Shown one piece after another: positions 1-10,328 of a stretch of DNA of 27,970 bases (its first letter is position 1; every line of letters begins with the position of its first letter). The translations under genes were made by a program, and so were the position numbers. The notes under the pieces were generated by a model. The model did no database searches, was not told the origin of the DNA, and saw only the letters and a program-made list of their open reading frames with translations. The stretch is from Sedimentisphaerales bacterium (GTDB lineage: Bacteria > Planctomycetota > Phycisphaerae > Sedimentisphaerales > SM23-30): assembly GCA_963663965.2 (NCBI GenBank), contig CAXXFK010000034.1, forward strand, positions 1 to 27,970. The letters are read 5' to 3'.

Positions 1-552
1 TTTACGGAACAGGGGGGACATGGCCTGCTGGTTCCAACCTTTTTGCAGGGCTTTATCTTCATCGGTAGTATAGCCGTGGGTGTAGCCGATCCATTTGGCT
101 TTCCATTCCCGGGCGGAGAGGATACCCATAGACCAGAAGGCCGGCTCACTCCAGTTGGAAGGGGCGCCGGCGCGGTCCCAGACGCGACTTTCCAGTAGCA
201 GGTTTGATAGGAGGGCAGTTTTTTTGCCCTGGTAGGCGATGTGCATGGTGGTGTCGGAGATGACCCGGCCGGAGTCCCACAGGTCGCCCTGATCCCGGTC
301 GAGCAGGTCCGGGGTGGAGGCAACCAGAATCCGATAAGCGGTCTGACACTGGTTGCGCTGATCGGACTGAACGATCCAGCTCATACGGGGGGCGGGTGTG
401 TCGATTCCTTCGGGATTGCGCAGGTATTCGCAGCGCAGGTTGGCCGGGGTCAGCGCTCCGTCGGCCCAGACAGTGGCCGGTGTGAGGACACATAAGATAG
501 TGAATGAGATGACCGTGAACAGGACAGTCAAGTAAGATTTTTTGTGATCCAT
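1..552 (-). CDS. alpha-L-rhamnosidase (GH78 family) N-terminal part, secreted; runs off the window edge
   Basis: Not in the ORF track. Manual translation from ATG 552 (AGAGG SD) gives MDHKKSYLTVLFTVISFTILCVLTPATVWA (signal peptide), then LTPANLRCEYLRNPEGIDTPAPRMSW..QTAYRILVAS..DLWDSGRV..RVWD..WSEPAFWSMG..WKAKWIG..PLFRK, the typical GH78 N-terminus. A compensated +1/-1 indel pair lies at about 185-225. Confidence 0.85.
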   Translation of the reverse strand, partial: MDHKKSYLTVLFTVISFTILCVLTPATVWADGALTPANLRCEYLRNPEGIDTPAPRMSWIVQSDQRNQCQTAYRILVASTPDLLDRDQGDLWDSGRVISDTTMHIAYQGKKTALLSNLLLESRVWDRAGAPSNWSEPAFWSMGILSAREWKAKWIGYTHGYTTDEDKALQKGWNQQAMSPLFRK

Positions 553-660
553 AATTTTAACCTCTTTGTAATGGATGCTAAAAAGAACTAATTATGAGCC
601 ATGAAGCTCCCATTGATAGTAAGACTGTTTTTTTAAGTGAAAGTGCACCAGGCAGTAATG

Positions 661-1433
661 CTATTTGGTTTCGTCGGTTGCCTCGCCAACAACCGGGGCA
701 ATTCTGGCTGGCGGAGTGATGCCGGGGGGCAGTTCCAGGATGCGAATGTTGCGGAAGTGGATCTCGGCGCCTTCGGATTCCAGACAGATATATCCTTTTT
801 TAATGGGGGACTGACTGACGCCGTTGACGAATTTGCCGTTGACGGCCAGTTTGATCACGCCATCGACACAGACGGCGGTGTACTGATTCCACTGGTCTTT
901 GCCGAGACAGCGTTTTTCCGCCGATTTACTGCGTTCGCCGCGGGGATTGTCAGGGGTGGCCTTGAGACCCATAGTGCCGAATACCTCACCGTGGACATAG
1001 GCATCAGTGGCCTTGTGCTGATTGGCCCAGTCGAGTTCGAGGACCTGAATTTCGATCCCTTTGGGCAGACGGTTGTTGGTGAAGGGCTCGCCTTCGCTCC
1101 AGACGAAAACGCCGGAATTACCGCCGGCTTCGAGGTGTTTCCATTCCACCTGTAAAATGAAATTTTCGTATTGTTTGTCGGTACGCAGGATGCCGACGGG
1201 ATGGCCGGTGCATTTGATGATGCCATCCTCCACCCGCCAGGTGTCTTTGTCGGTATTGACATTGACCCAGCCGGAGAAATCCTTGCCGTTGAACAGGTCA
1301 CGGAATTTCAGATCGTTAATGATCCGGGCGGTTCCTGCATGGGCAGCGGTTCCTGATTTTCGGCGCAATGAATAGTGGAGACGGTAAATGTGACTACCAA
1401 TGATAATAAAATAACGATCATAACATTTTTCAT
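661..1433 (-). CDS. DUF1080 / 3-keto-disaccharide hydrolase family protein, secreted (one frameshift near 1320)
   Basis: Motifs [53 protein letters not shown] and FRNIRI. The true start is probably ATG 1433 ([31 protein letters not shown] signal peptide), one frame off from ORF 661..1368. Confidence 0.85.
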
Positions 1434-1445
1434 GTCAAGCTCCTG

Positions 1446-2935
1446 TCATGGTTTATGAACGGATTCTAATGCAATGCATATACGCTGGCTTTCATTACCG
1501 CAACGGTCCACGGCGGACAAAGCGACAGCGGTAGTTTGTTGTGGCAGGGTAATCCGTGTATCCGGTTGATTGAGGATTTCGTAACGCCATTTATTTTTGT
1601 CCTGGATATAGATAATCCAGCGGAACACATCCGATGGATGGGGATGGGAGAATTGGATCAGCCAGTTGGAGTCCTGATTCTGGACATCGGCGATGGGTTG
1701 AACCGGCGGGCGCTTATCCAGCCAGGGGGTGGAGGCACCAGCGCCTGACGAGCGTAGGGCCCGGCCAGCAGGGCTTTCTGGAGTTCGGGATTCTTTTTGA
1801 CACTGCCGATACTCCAGTGTACAACGCCGGGATTGGGACGTACCATACCCCGGGTGACCATGATCTGATTAATGCATTCCTCGTTGCCTTTACTCACGTT
1901 GATGCCGGGCCAGAGGTGACGGTGCTGGTGATTTTCATCCTGCCACCAGCCCAGCAGCAGCGGGAAGCTCTGGGGGAGTTTGCCGATGGGCCAGTAGAGT
2001 TGCGGGGTCCAGTAGTCGACCCAGCCTTTGTTAAGCCAGAGGCGGGCGTCGGCATAGAGCGCGTGGTATTGATCGAGCCCGGAGATGGTTTCGGGATAGC
2101 CGGGCCGCCAGATCCCAAAGGGGCTCAGACCGAATTTGACAAAACGTTTTTCCTGTTTGATTTCGTGATAGACACGTTTGATAAACTGGTTGACAGCCTG
2201 ACGGCGCCAGTCGGCGCGGGAGAGTTTGCCGCCGCTGTCGACATAAGCCTGCCAACTGGGATCATCGGGGAAATCCCGGCCGTCGTTATAGCTGGGATAG
2301 GGATAGAAATAATCGTCAAAGTGGACGCCATCGATATCATACCGGCGGACGACATCCATAATCACCGAGCAGGAATAATCCTGGGTTTCTTTCAATGCCG
2401 GATCGAGCCACCAGGCCGCCGTTATTAAGACGATAGACCAACTCGGGCCTTTGTTTGACAATTGATTGGTCACTCGGCGTGTAGTTGCCGATATGGGCGC
2501 GATAGGGATTGAACCAGGCGTGCAGTTCGAGGCCGCGCTGATGGGCTGCGTCAATCCAGAATTGTATTGGATCGTAATAAGGCTCCGGCGCTTTGCCCTG
2601 CTGCCCGGTGAGATAGTAGGACCAGGGTTCCAATTCGCTGGGGTAAAGGGCATCGCATTGGGGGCGGACTGCAGAATCACCGCGTTGAAATGGAGATTCT
2701 GGAGCATGTCCAGCATTTCGATCGCTTCGGCCTGCTGTTGGCCGGAGTTGAGGCCGCGTTTACTGGGCCAGTTAATATTGGAAACCGAAGCCACCCAGGC
2801 GGCCCGGAATTCCCTGGGGACCGATACCGATGCCAGACTTCGATCCGTGGCGGTCTGCTGCCAGTGCATACAGCCGGTTAACAGACACAATATGCTGCCT
2901 AGTATTGGCCACCATTCAATATGTCTAACTGACAT
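1446..2935 (-). CDS. Glycoside hydrolase-like family 10 (GHL10/DUF187, YddW/DigH-like) lipoprotein; three frameshifts (~2670, ~2415, ~1730)
   Basis: Lipobox-like LLTGC, then PREFRAAWVASV.NINWPS. The alternate-frame piece EPWSYYLTG..DP..HQRGLELHAWFNPYRA is in ORF 2337..2633. Also YDIDGVHFDDYFYPY, FGLSPFGIWRPG, LYADARLWL and PQLYW; the C-terminus ..VDRCGNES is in ORF 1446..1628. Confidence 0.85.
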
Positions 2936-2974
2936 TCATTGCTCCTTGCATAGTTGGCATCAGAAACCTTTGAT

Positions 2975-3003
2975 ACTATAAAAGAAACGATGATGGCATG
3001 CAA
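2975..3003 (-). promoter_or_regulatory. sigma70-type promoter for the GHL10-DUF1080-GH78 operon
   Basis: TTGCAT-17 bp-TATAGT on the minus strand, ending 40 bp upstream of ATG 2935. Confidence 0.55.
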
Positions 3004-3213
3004 TGATGTTTTACGGGAGCCAGTGGATTAATTCAGCATTAACATAAGTTATGCCGGGTGAAGTTATTGTCATCCGGTTTTGATTTTAACTGATTTAGAT
3101 TAATTGGGCCGCCAGCTTAATGGATTACTACTTGGCCGATATCGTTTAAGTGGTATGATAAACGAGGTGGGGATGAATGTATTGCCGGAGAAACTGCCAG
3201 ATTGACAGTATAT

Positions 3214-3324
3214 CAGGTGAATAAGTGGTACGACCAGACGGATTGCTGATGTTGTATTGAAATCCTATGACCGGGTATACAGTGTGAAATCTTACTATGT
3301 AGTTATATCCGGTTTATTCACCTG
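3214..3324 (+). other. Intergenic element bounded by 11-bp perfect inverted repeats (candidate structured ncRNA or MITE)
   Basis: CAGGTGAATAA (3214-3224) pairs with TTATTCACCTG (3314-3324) and encloses three further stems. Confidence 0.35.
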
Positions 3325-3411
3325 TCGTAATCAAGACGCATGCTCAATGACTGGTGAAATCACTTTTACCTTTAGAGGCGCCCTTTAGATTCAGCACAGT
3401 AGTAAGATCGC

Positions 3412-4577
3412 TTAATAGGCGATTGGTTTTGACAGGCTGATATGATCAAGCCACCTGGCCGCAAAAGCCATCATGTCTGAGATATCAATGACACAATTCT
3501 GATTTGAGTCAAAAACGCTGAACCGGTCCAGTCCGGATCAAGTTGAGCCGCTTGACAGGCATCGCCGGCCACCCGCACCGTCAGGGAGTCATAGCCAGAC
3601 TGTCCGGAGCGATCGATTGCCGTCAGCCGAATGGTATAATCTCCGGCGATAGTTGCATCCGCAAGGAAGCGCGCGGCGGGGTGGGCCCAGTCCGCTGAAG
3701 TTTTGGTGAGTGTCGGCGTACTGCCCACGGGAGAAGTCTCAATTGACCACATGACATTCGCGTTCAGGATATCGCCTTCATCGTTATCCTGGATGTTTCC
3801 CGATAGGATGATCGTTCCATTATTCAACCAGGTGATATAGTTGCTGCCTGCGTCAACAATCGGAGCCAGATCGTTATCTTGATACACATTGCCAGGATTT
3901 TGAAAAAGGAATTCGATGGCTGTCTCGTCCAACGATTCATCATATATCTGTACGTCATCGATCAAGCCGTCTGTCCAGCGTGCGGTGGTGTTGCTGCCGA
4001 ATGCCTGGCGAATTCCGGTCCCGAGTACTAAATTTTCAGTCAGGATGGTGTTAACCGTTCCCGGTGTGGCGGTGCCGTAAGCGTTGCCATCCAGATAGAA
4101 TGTCAGGAGAGATCCATCCCAGGTCAGCGCCAGATGATGCCAGGTATTGTCGGTCATTGCCGTTCCGGTTGCGCTGGTGAATCCGCCGGAATTCAGCTCC
4201 AGTCTCATCTGGTCCGTCGTGCCGCCCTGCAATCCGAAATCATAACGGACACGAGAGCCTGATCCGGTATCGCCCCAGCCGATAAAGAATGTTCCGGCGG
4301 ACTGGTTTACCGCGGTTTTGACCCATAGAGAAATTGTTCGGGGATCGGAACCGCCAATCCCTTTGAATCCCACGGTCGTTGCGTAATCATCGATGCCATC
4401 CAGACTCAAAGCGCCGCCGACTATGCCGTTCGGGACAATGGTTGCCCCGCCGGCCAGAGTCGCGTCCGTACCCACTGCGGCTGTGCCGTCGCTGTCAAAG
4501 GGTAAATGCTCGACAATTGCAGCACTGGCCATCAGGCCGGTTGTCAGAACCATGAACAGAAAAACGACTTTATTCAT
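3412..4577 (-). CDS. Secreted LamG-like jellyroll + PKD/Ig-like domain + C-terminal dockerin-like module (frameshift ~3521)
   Basis: Signal peptide MNKVVFLFMVLTTGLMASA (GGAG SD). LamG motifs GGALSLDG, TISLWVK, WHHLALTWDG, FYLDG and GLIDDVQIYD, then VDAGS..GDYTIRLTA. Adding one T restores FDSNQNCVIDISDMMAFAARWLDHISLSKPIAY* ending at 3412. Confidence 0.8.
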
Positions 4578-4657
4578 TCTCAATTCTCCAGAATGCGAGT
4601 TGTCGGTCCCATAAAATCAAATTATAACATTATGCTTTCATGGCCGGCCAGGCCGGA

Positions 4658-7195
4658 TCAGTAGGCCAGATACCCGGTCAGATTCACATCGACCAGCCAT
4701 TCTGCTGACAGTGCGACAAAATCGGGCCAGTCGATAATACAGTTATGGTTGACATCATAAGGATCAAAAGTCGTTCCAGCCCGGTGCCAGTTGCGCGGCG
4801 GCGCAGGCATCCCGGGCCACACGAACCATGATATCATCCGAACCGGATTGCCCAGTCGAGTCGATCGCGGTCAGGCGGATCCGGTAATCACCGGCAACGG
4901 CCGGATCCGGTTCGAATTCCGCAACAGGATTCGCCCAGCTCGTGTCAGTGGGGGTCAGTACGGCCGTGCTGCCCGCCGGAGATGTGACAATAGACCAGTT
5001 GATCCCTTCGTCAGAGATATTCCCTTCGCCGTTGTCATTAACATTACCGTTCAGCGTGAGCATTCCGTAGCCCAGCCAACTGACAAAACTGCTGCCGGCG
5101 TCAACCACCGGGGTTGGATCCAGGATGGTATCCGTGTATAAATTCGCCTGGGGGACGCTTTGTTTGGGAATACCAGGGCCGGACCATTTTAACGACAGCG
5201 AATGAGCGCCGGCGCCATGTTTGTAGTAAAGCCGATAGGGATGATACCCCTCGGACAGTTTCACAGAACCGGATACTTCCGAACCGTCATGGTGGAAATC
5301 ATCCTCGATGATATGAGCGTCGTGGATAAAAAGATCGCCGCCGTCGTCAGTGGTCAGATAGAAGGTATAACTGCCATCCGCAGGGATGGAAAGATACCCT
5401 TCGTACAAAATTCCAGAATCGTTATCGGGGGCATGGGCCGCGGGATCAAAATAAGCCGCGGTGCCACCGGCCCGTCCGGGTAAATCGCGAAATTCCGGCA
5501 CCCACGGAAACGGGCCGCTGCATGATTTCCAGTTGACGCCGTTATTGAATATTCCAGGAACCGACGGAAGGTTGAGGTTGTCATAAGGACGCGACACGCC
5601 CCCGCCCGGCCGGCGTGAGGTGACAGCCAGCGCCTGCATTTGAGCTTGGAGTGCAGGCATGGCTCCGGCCAGATTGGCGCCCTGGCTGGGATCGGTCGTC
5701 ACATCGTAAATCTGAAACGCTTCCGAGCCGGTTTTAATATTGGTGCGGATACCCATGTAATTACCCACCCGGATACACTGCATCTGATATTTGGCTTCAC
5801 CGCGATGGTTGGGAAATTCTGCCCAGTCCGGTGTGGAGCCGTTGTTGTTGAACTCAAAATATAGATACCCCTTATCGCGCTGTGTGTCGGTTCCTGTCAG
5901 CGTTGGAACCAGCGATACCCCGTCACACCAGGCGGGCGCCGGAACACCGGCAAGCTGCGCGAAAGTGGGCATCCAGTCCCAACTGGCGCAAGGATATGCA
6001 ATCTTGCGGATATTGTTTTCGTCAAAGGTGGCATTGTGAATACCGCCCGGCCAGCGAACAATGGTCGGCGTGCGGATACCCGCTTCCCACATATCCCGCT
6101 TGATGCCTTCCATGTTCGCGAACGACTGGAAAGTCCGCGGGTTGTTGCCTTCGTTGTGGGGCCCATTGTCGGAAAAAAAGATGCAAAACGTGTTGTCATC
6201 GATACCGAGATCTTTGAGGGTTATGAAGGATATCGGCAATTGAATTGTCGATGCGGCGGATCATTCCCACATGCTGTTTTTTCCGAGTCCGCCCAACTGG
6301 CGGGGATATCCGGGTGCGTATAGCCGTCAACAACGCCCGTTCCGTCAGCAGTGGACGCGTACCGGACGCGCCCGAAAGCGTCGGTTGCTGTGGTCCATTG
6401 AATCCCGCCGGTGGTGGGATCGCCATCATCATCCAGCGCGGGATAAGCGGTCGCCGGCCGCTGCATTTTGAAATGGGGCGTGTCGTATGCCAGGTAAATA
6501 AAGAAGGGCTGCGTGTCCCCATCGGCGGCTTCGTCAATAATCACTTTTTTGGCCGCGGCCGTCCAGGCATCCGTGGTGTACAGGTCGAGAGAAGCGTTGG
6601 TTACCTGCTGATAGCCATCATAAATATAGGCGACCTTATCGGTTGTGCCGTTGCGGGGGTAATGTTCGTGACCGTCGGCATGGAAATGATAGCCGAAAAA
6701 GCGGTCAAATCCCTGCTTGAGTGGATTGGACGCGAGATTCTGAGAGCCGGCGCCGGACAGGTCAACCGAAGATTCGCCTCCGGATAAACCGGCTTTGCCG
6801 ATCCAGGCAGTATAATAACCCGCCTCTTTGAGTATTGAGCCCAGCGTGTGATTGAGCGGCAGCGCTTTATCGAACTGGGAATCGCGTATCTCGCAATGGC
6901 CCTGATGGCGGCCGGATATCAAGGACGCGCGGGAGGGCGCGCACACTGACGCGGAGATATAATGATGCGTGAGCATAACACCTTCGGAGGCCATGGTGTC
7001 GATAGCGGGAGTATCAAACTTTTTAGCGGCCGTGCTGCCGTGATCCTGCCAGAAACAACCGATATCGCCATAGCCAAGATCATCGACTAAAAACAGGATG
7101 ATATTCGGCCTGGCCGGCTGGGCGGCCGTCAGAACAGAAGCCAGTAGAATCACAATAAGGACGGTCAGGTTCAGTGTTTTGTGTGGGTAAATCAT
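4658..7195 (-). CDS. Cys-type sulfatase (S1) fused to PA14, PKD/Ig-like and dockerin-like domains (frameshifts ~6280, ~6221, ~4768)
   Basis: Signal peptide, PNIILFLVDDLGYGD, CAPSRASLISGR (CxPxR), FFSDNGPH and EAGIRTP. PA14 motifs GYLSIPADGSYTFYLTTDDG and LSEGYHPYRLYY. The restored tail is YDVNHNCIIDWPDFVALSAEWLVDVNLTGYLAY*. The gene joins ORFs 6221..7195, 6196..6537 and 4764..6239. Confidence 0.85.
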
Positions 7196-7328
7196 GATTC
7201 GTTTCCAAATGCGTCAATCAGTAATTACGCAAGGCGTATAGAAGATTTTTGAAACACACTTGCGAGAGGAGCAGATAATTTTCTGTCGTGCTTGATACTC
7301 GTTAAGTCGCCAGTCGATTCGACCGGCG

Positions 7329-7370
7329 AAAAAATTCAGGAAGCCCCGCTTAGTACAGTGAGACTTCCTG
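7329..7370 (-). terminator. Intrinsic terminator after 7404..9488
   Basis: Minus-strand CAGGAAGTCTCAC..GCGGGGCTTCCTG stem with G:U pairs followed by AATTTTTT; a second hairpin lies at 7307-7329. Confidence 0.6.
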
Positions 7371-7403
7371 GTCTTCGTTTTTAAACGGATAATGGCATCA
7401 AAC

Positions 7404-9488
7404 TTAATGCGGGAGAAGCCCGTTATCCAGCCAGTAAGCCGCGAAGATGGCAAAGTCGGCCAGATCGACAATACAGTTGTCATCAAAGTCATAAACGGAA
7501 CCGGCGAAATCATTGATGCACGGGACGACCCCGGTTACATCATAGTATTCCTGTCCAATTTCTTCTTTAGAACGGGGGTAACTCCAGATGCGGACTTCAT
7601 CAAGCAACCCGGCATAATCAACCGAGCCGTCGCTGAGTTCCGCGCCCAGAACCAGCGGTTCGGAATTCGTGGTTACTGCCGCGGTCCTTAAGCCGCTGTT
7701 GACCAGAATGCCATCGACATACAGTGATAGCGTTTGAGAGGCCGCATCATACGTGCCGGCCACCATGTGCCACTGGCCGTCATTGATTGCCGCGGGCGTA
7801 CTCAGGCTGGCCTGACCGCGTAAGCCATGAATGGCGTTGCCGGAATTATGCGTGAGCAGGAATCCCTGACTGCTGGTCAGGGCCTGTTTGGAGACATAGG
7901 CTCCGTATCCGGTTTGCGCCGTGTTGATCCACGCGCTGACGGTGTAGCCGGCCGGATAAAAGTTGAAATCGTCCACATTGCCGCCGATCTGAATATGCCG
8001 CGAGGAGTCGTCAAAGATAAACGCCTGTCCTTTGCCGGGCAGATTGACGGCGTCGTCGACAGCAGTGAAGACCGGGGCCGGAGGATCGTTCGCCGTGTTG
8101 GGATCTGTGTAGGTTCCGGTATGAATGGCGTCAACCGTCGCATCCAATGTACCATTGAAATCCCAGTATTCCACCAGCCGCTGCGTCATTACGATGGCTT
8201 TGGCAGAGATGTCGGGACTGTTCAAGTCATTGTCAACCACACAATAATAAACACCTTCGCCGGCCAGTGACGCCGTAAACTCCAGAGTGGCTGTTGTTTC
8301 TGTGCCGCCGAATAAGGCGATATCCGGATTTGTTCCATCAAGGATCGCGCCGTCTTTGTACCAATGCCAGGTGGTGATATTCACGCCATCGACCGTTAAC
8401 TGGACCAGTGTTCCGTCCGGTACCGTCTGATTGATGGGATTGGTTTCAACTTTGGCCTGTGCAGTAACAGTTGTAAACGACCAGGGTTTTCCCGGATGCA
8501 GGATCGCCCCGGTTGAATTAGGTTCATAGGAATCGACGATCCAGTAATAGGTTGTCAGATTATCCAGGTCGGCCTCGGGCGAGGGATCGATACTCAACTC
8601 GGTTTGCGGGCCGCCCGAATTCAGCAGGGTCAGGCCGTAATCCGCTTCGACATAATTGGGCTCAGTTGGGCCGAAATAGATATGATAGGACGCATTGTCA
8701 TAGGTTGTGGGCGCATTCCAGCTTAACAGAGTGTCAATAGCCACTTCGCTTATACCATCTACTGGAGAGGGACCATAGGCCGTATCGATATACGGCGTGC
8801 CTGGATTATCATACAGAAACTGAATGGCGGTTGCGTCGAGCGCCGCATCGTAAACCTGGACATCATCGATCAGACCATTAGTCCAGCGTGCCGTCGTGTT
8901 GCTGCCGAACGCCTGGCGGATACCGGTGCCGATCACTATATCTTCTGTCAGGACGGTGGCAACACCCGTTGCATCTGACCAGGCGCCATAGGCGTTGCCA
9001 TCCAGATAAAAGGTCATCGTGGCGCCGTCCCAGGTCGAAGCCAGATGATGCCATGCATCATCAGTGATGGTGGTTCCAGTCGCACTGGTGGCGGCCCCTG
9101 AGTTGAGTTCCAATCGCATCTGATCCGTAGTACTGCTATTCAAACCGAAATCATATCGGACGCGTGAACCTGTGCCGGTATTACCCCAACCCAGAAAGAA
9201 CGTTCCCGCTGACTGGTTCACCGCGGTCTTGACCCATAAAGAAATCGTCCGGGGAGCGGAACCGCCCATGCCCTTATAGCCTACGGTCGTCGCGTAATCA
9301 TCAATGCCATCCAGACTTAAAGCGCCGCCGGCCATGCCTTCCGGTACAATACTGGCGCCGTTAACCAGTGTGGCGTCCGTTCCTGCGGCGGCCGTGCCGT
9401 CGACATCAAAAGGCAAATGCAAGACAATCTCCGCGTTTGCCAGGGAGACCGCCGCCAGACATACCCATCCTATCAATAGATTTTTCAT
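7404..9488 (-). CDS. Secreted multidomain protein: LamG + FN3-like + Ig-like + LamG + dockerin-like tail
   Basis: Signal peptide, two LamG domains, YYWIVD (FN3-like), WHWYKDG..GVYYCVV (Ig-like), and C-terminal YDFDDNCIVDLADFAIFAAYWL. Confidence 0.85.
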   Translation of the reverse strand: MKNLLIGWVCLAAVSLANAEIVLHLPFDVDGTAAAGTDATLVNGASIVPEGMAGGALSLDGIDDYATTVGYKGMGGSAPRTISLWVKTAVNQSAGTFFLGWGNTGTGSRVRYDFGLNSSTTDQMRLELNSGAATSATGTTITDDAWHHLASTWDGATMTFYLDGNAYGAWSDATGVATVLTEDIVIGTGIRQAFGSNTTARWTNGLIDDVQVYDAALDATAIQFLYDNPGTPYIDTAYGPSPVDGISEVAIDTLLSWNAPTTYDNASYHIYFGPTEPNYVEADYGLTLLNSGGPQTELSIDPSPEADLDNLTTYYWIVDSYEPNSTGAILHPGKPWSFTTVTAQAKVETNPINQTVPDGTLVQLTVDGVNITTWHWYKDGAILDGTNPDIALFGGTETTATLEFTASLAGEGVYYCVVDNDLNSPDISAKAIVMTQRLVEYWDFNGTLDATVDAIHTGTYTDPNTANDPPAPVFTAVDDAVNLPGKGQAFIFDDSSRHIQIGGNVDDFNFYPAGYTVSAWINTAQTGYGAYVSKQALTSSQGFLLTHNSGNAIHGLRGQASLSTPAAINDGQWHMVAGTYDAASQTLSLYVDGILVNSGLRTAAVTTNSEPLVLGAELSDGSVDYAGLLDEVRIWSYPRSKEEIGQEYYDVTGVVPCINDFAGSVYDFDDNCIVDLADFAIFAAYWLDNGLLPH

Positions 9489-10260
9489 TTCTTTCTCTCC
9501 TGAAAAATAGTTTTATAAAAAGAACGACCGATGATATCACCGGTCGTATATTTGAAACTTCGCTTACTTTTTGCGTCTGATCAGAGCCAATGCGCCGCTT
9601 CCAATCAGCATCAGCGTGGTTGGTTCCGGAACGACACTTCCGGGATTGGCATAGAGCGCCGCAATATCCGTCGCTTCCAGCGCCGTGTCATAAATCTGGA
9701 CATCATCAATCAGGCCATTGGTCCAGCGGGCCGTCGTGTTACCGCCAAATGCCTGGCGGATACCGGTGCCGATCACCATATCTTCTGTCAGGACAGTGGC
9801 AACGCCTTTTGAATCTGACCAGGCGCCATACGCGCTGCCATCCAGATAAAAGGTCATTGTTGTGCCGTCCCAGGTCGAAGCCAGATGATGCCATGCGTCA
9901 TCAATGATGGTGGTTCCCGTCGCACTGGTGGCGGCCCCTGAGTTGAGTTCCAATCGCATCTGATCCGTATCACCGACATCCAATCCAAAATCATATCGGA
10001 CGCGTGAACCTAATCCGGTATCACCCCAGCCGATAAAAAATGTTCCGGCTGACTGGTTCACCGCAGTTTTTACCCAAAGGGAGATCGTCCGGGGATCGGA
10101 ACCGCCAATGCCCTTATAGCCCACGGTCGTCGCGTAATCGTCGACACCATCAAGGCTTAAGGCGCCGCCGGCCATACCTTCAGAGACAATGCCGGCGCCG
10201 TTCACCAGAGTGGCGTCTGTTCCGACGGATGCCGTACCGTCAACATCAAATGTCAGATGA
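8810..10260 (-). repeat. Duplicated LamG-coding module (about 8810-9420 and 9650-10260; third copy about 3890-4510)
   Basis: Ungapped alignment at an 840-bp offset: 9061-9120 vs 9901-9960 differ at 2 of 60 bases, and 8881-8940 vs 9721-9780 at 6 of 60. Confidence 0.9.
9517..9547 (-). terminator. Intrinsic terminator/attenuator after the PEP-CTERM gene
   Basis: ACGACCG (9524-9530) / CGGTCGT (9541-9547) stem followed on the minus strand by TCTTTTT. Confidence 0.6.
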
Positions 10261-10328
10261 TTGACAATTCCTGCCTGAACCATACTGCCAACACACAAAA
10301 TCAATAATAAAATAAACATATTCTTCAT
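9564..10328 (-). CDS. LamG domain protein with PEP-CTERM sorting signal
   Basis: Signal peptide, a single LamG domain, and C-terminal VPEPTTLMLIGSGALALIRRKK (PEP motif, TM helix, basic tail). Confidence 0.92.
   Translation of the reverse strand: MKNMFILLLILCVGSMVQAGIVNHLTFDVDGTASVGTDATLVNGAGIVSEGMAGGALSLDGVDDYATTVGYKGIGGSDPRTISLWVKTAVNQSAGTFFIGWGDTGLGSRVRYDFGLDVGDTDQMRLELNSGAATSATGTTIIDDAWHHLASTWDGTTMTFYLDGSAYGAWSDSKGVATVLTEDMVIGTGIRQAFGGNTTARWTNGLIDDVQIYDTALEATDIAALYANPGSVVPEPTTLMLIGSGALALIRRKK

Noticed and set aside
637..2981. Plus-strand ORFs 637..1155, 1634..2428 and 2466..2981
   Set aside because: They are antisense to well-supported DUF1080 and GHL10 genes and carry no motifs.
3173..3205. 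10-aa ORF MNVLPEKLPD after GAGGTG
   Set aside because: The SD-ATG spacing is only 3 nt and the peptide is too short to support without conservation data.
3890..10260. Diversity-generating retroelement or shufflon explaining the LamG repeats
   Set aside because: No reverse transcriptase or recombinase is present, the differences are not adenine-specific, and all copies are co-oriented coding sequence.
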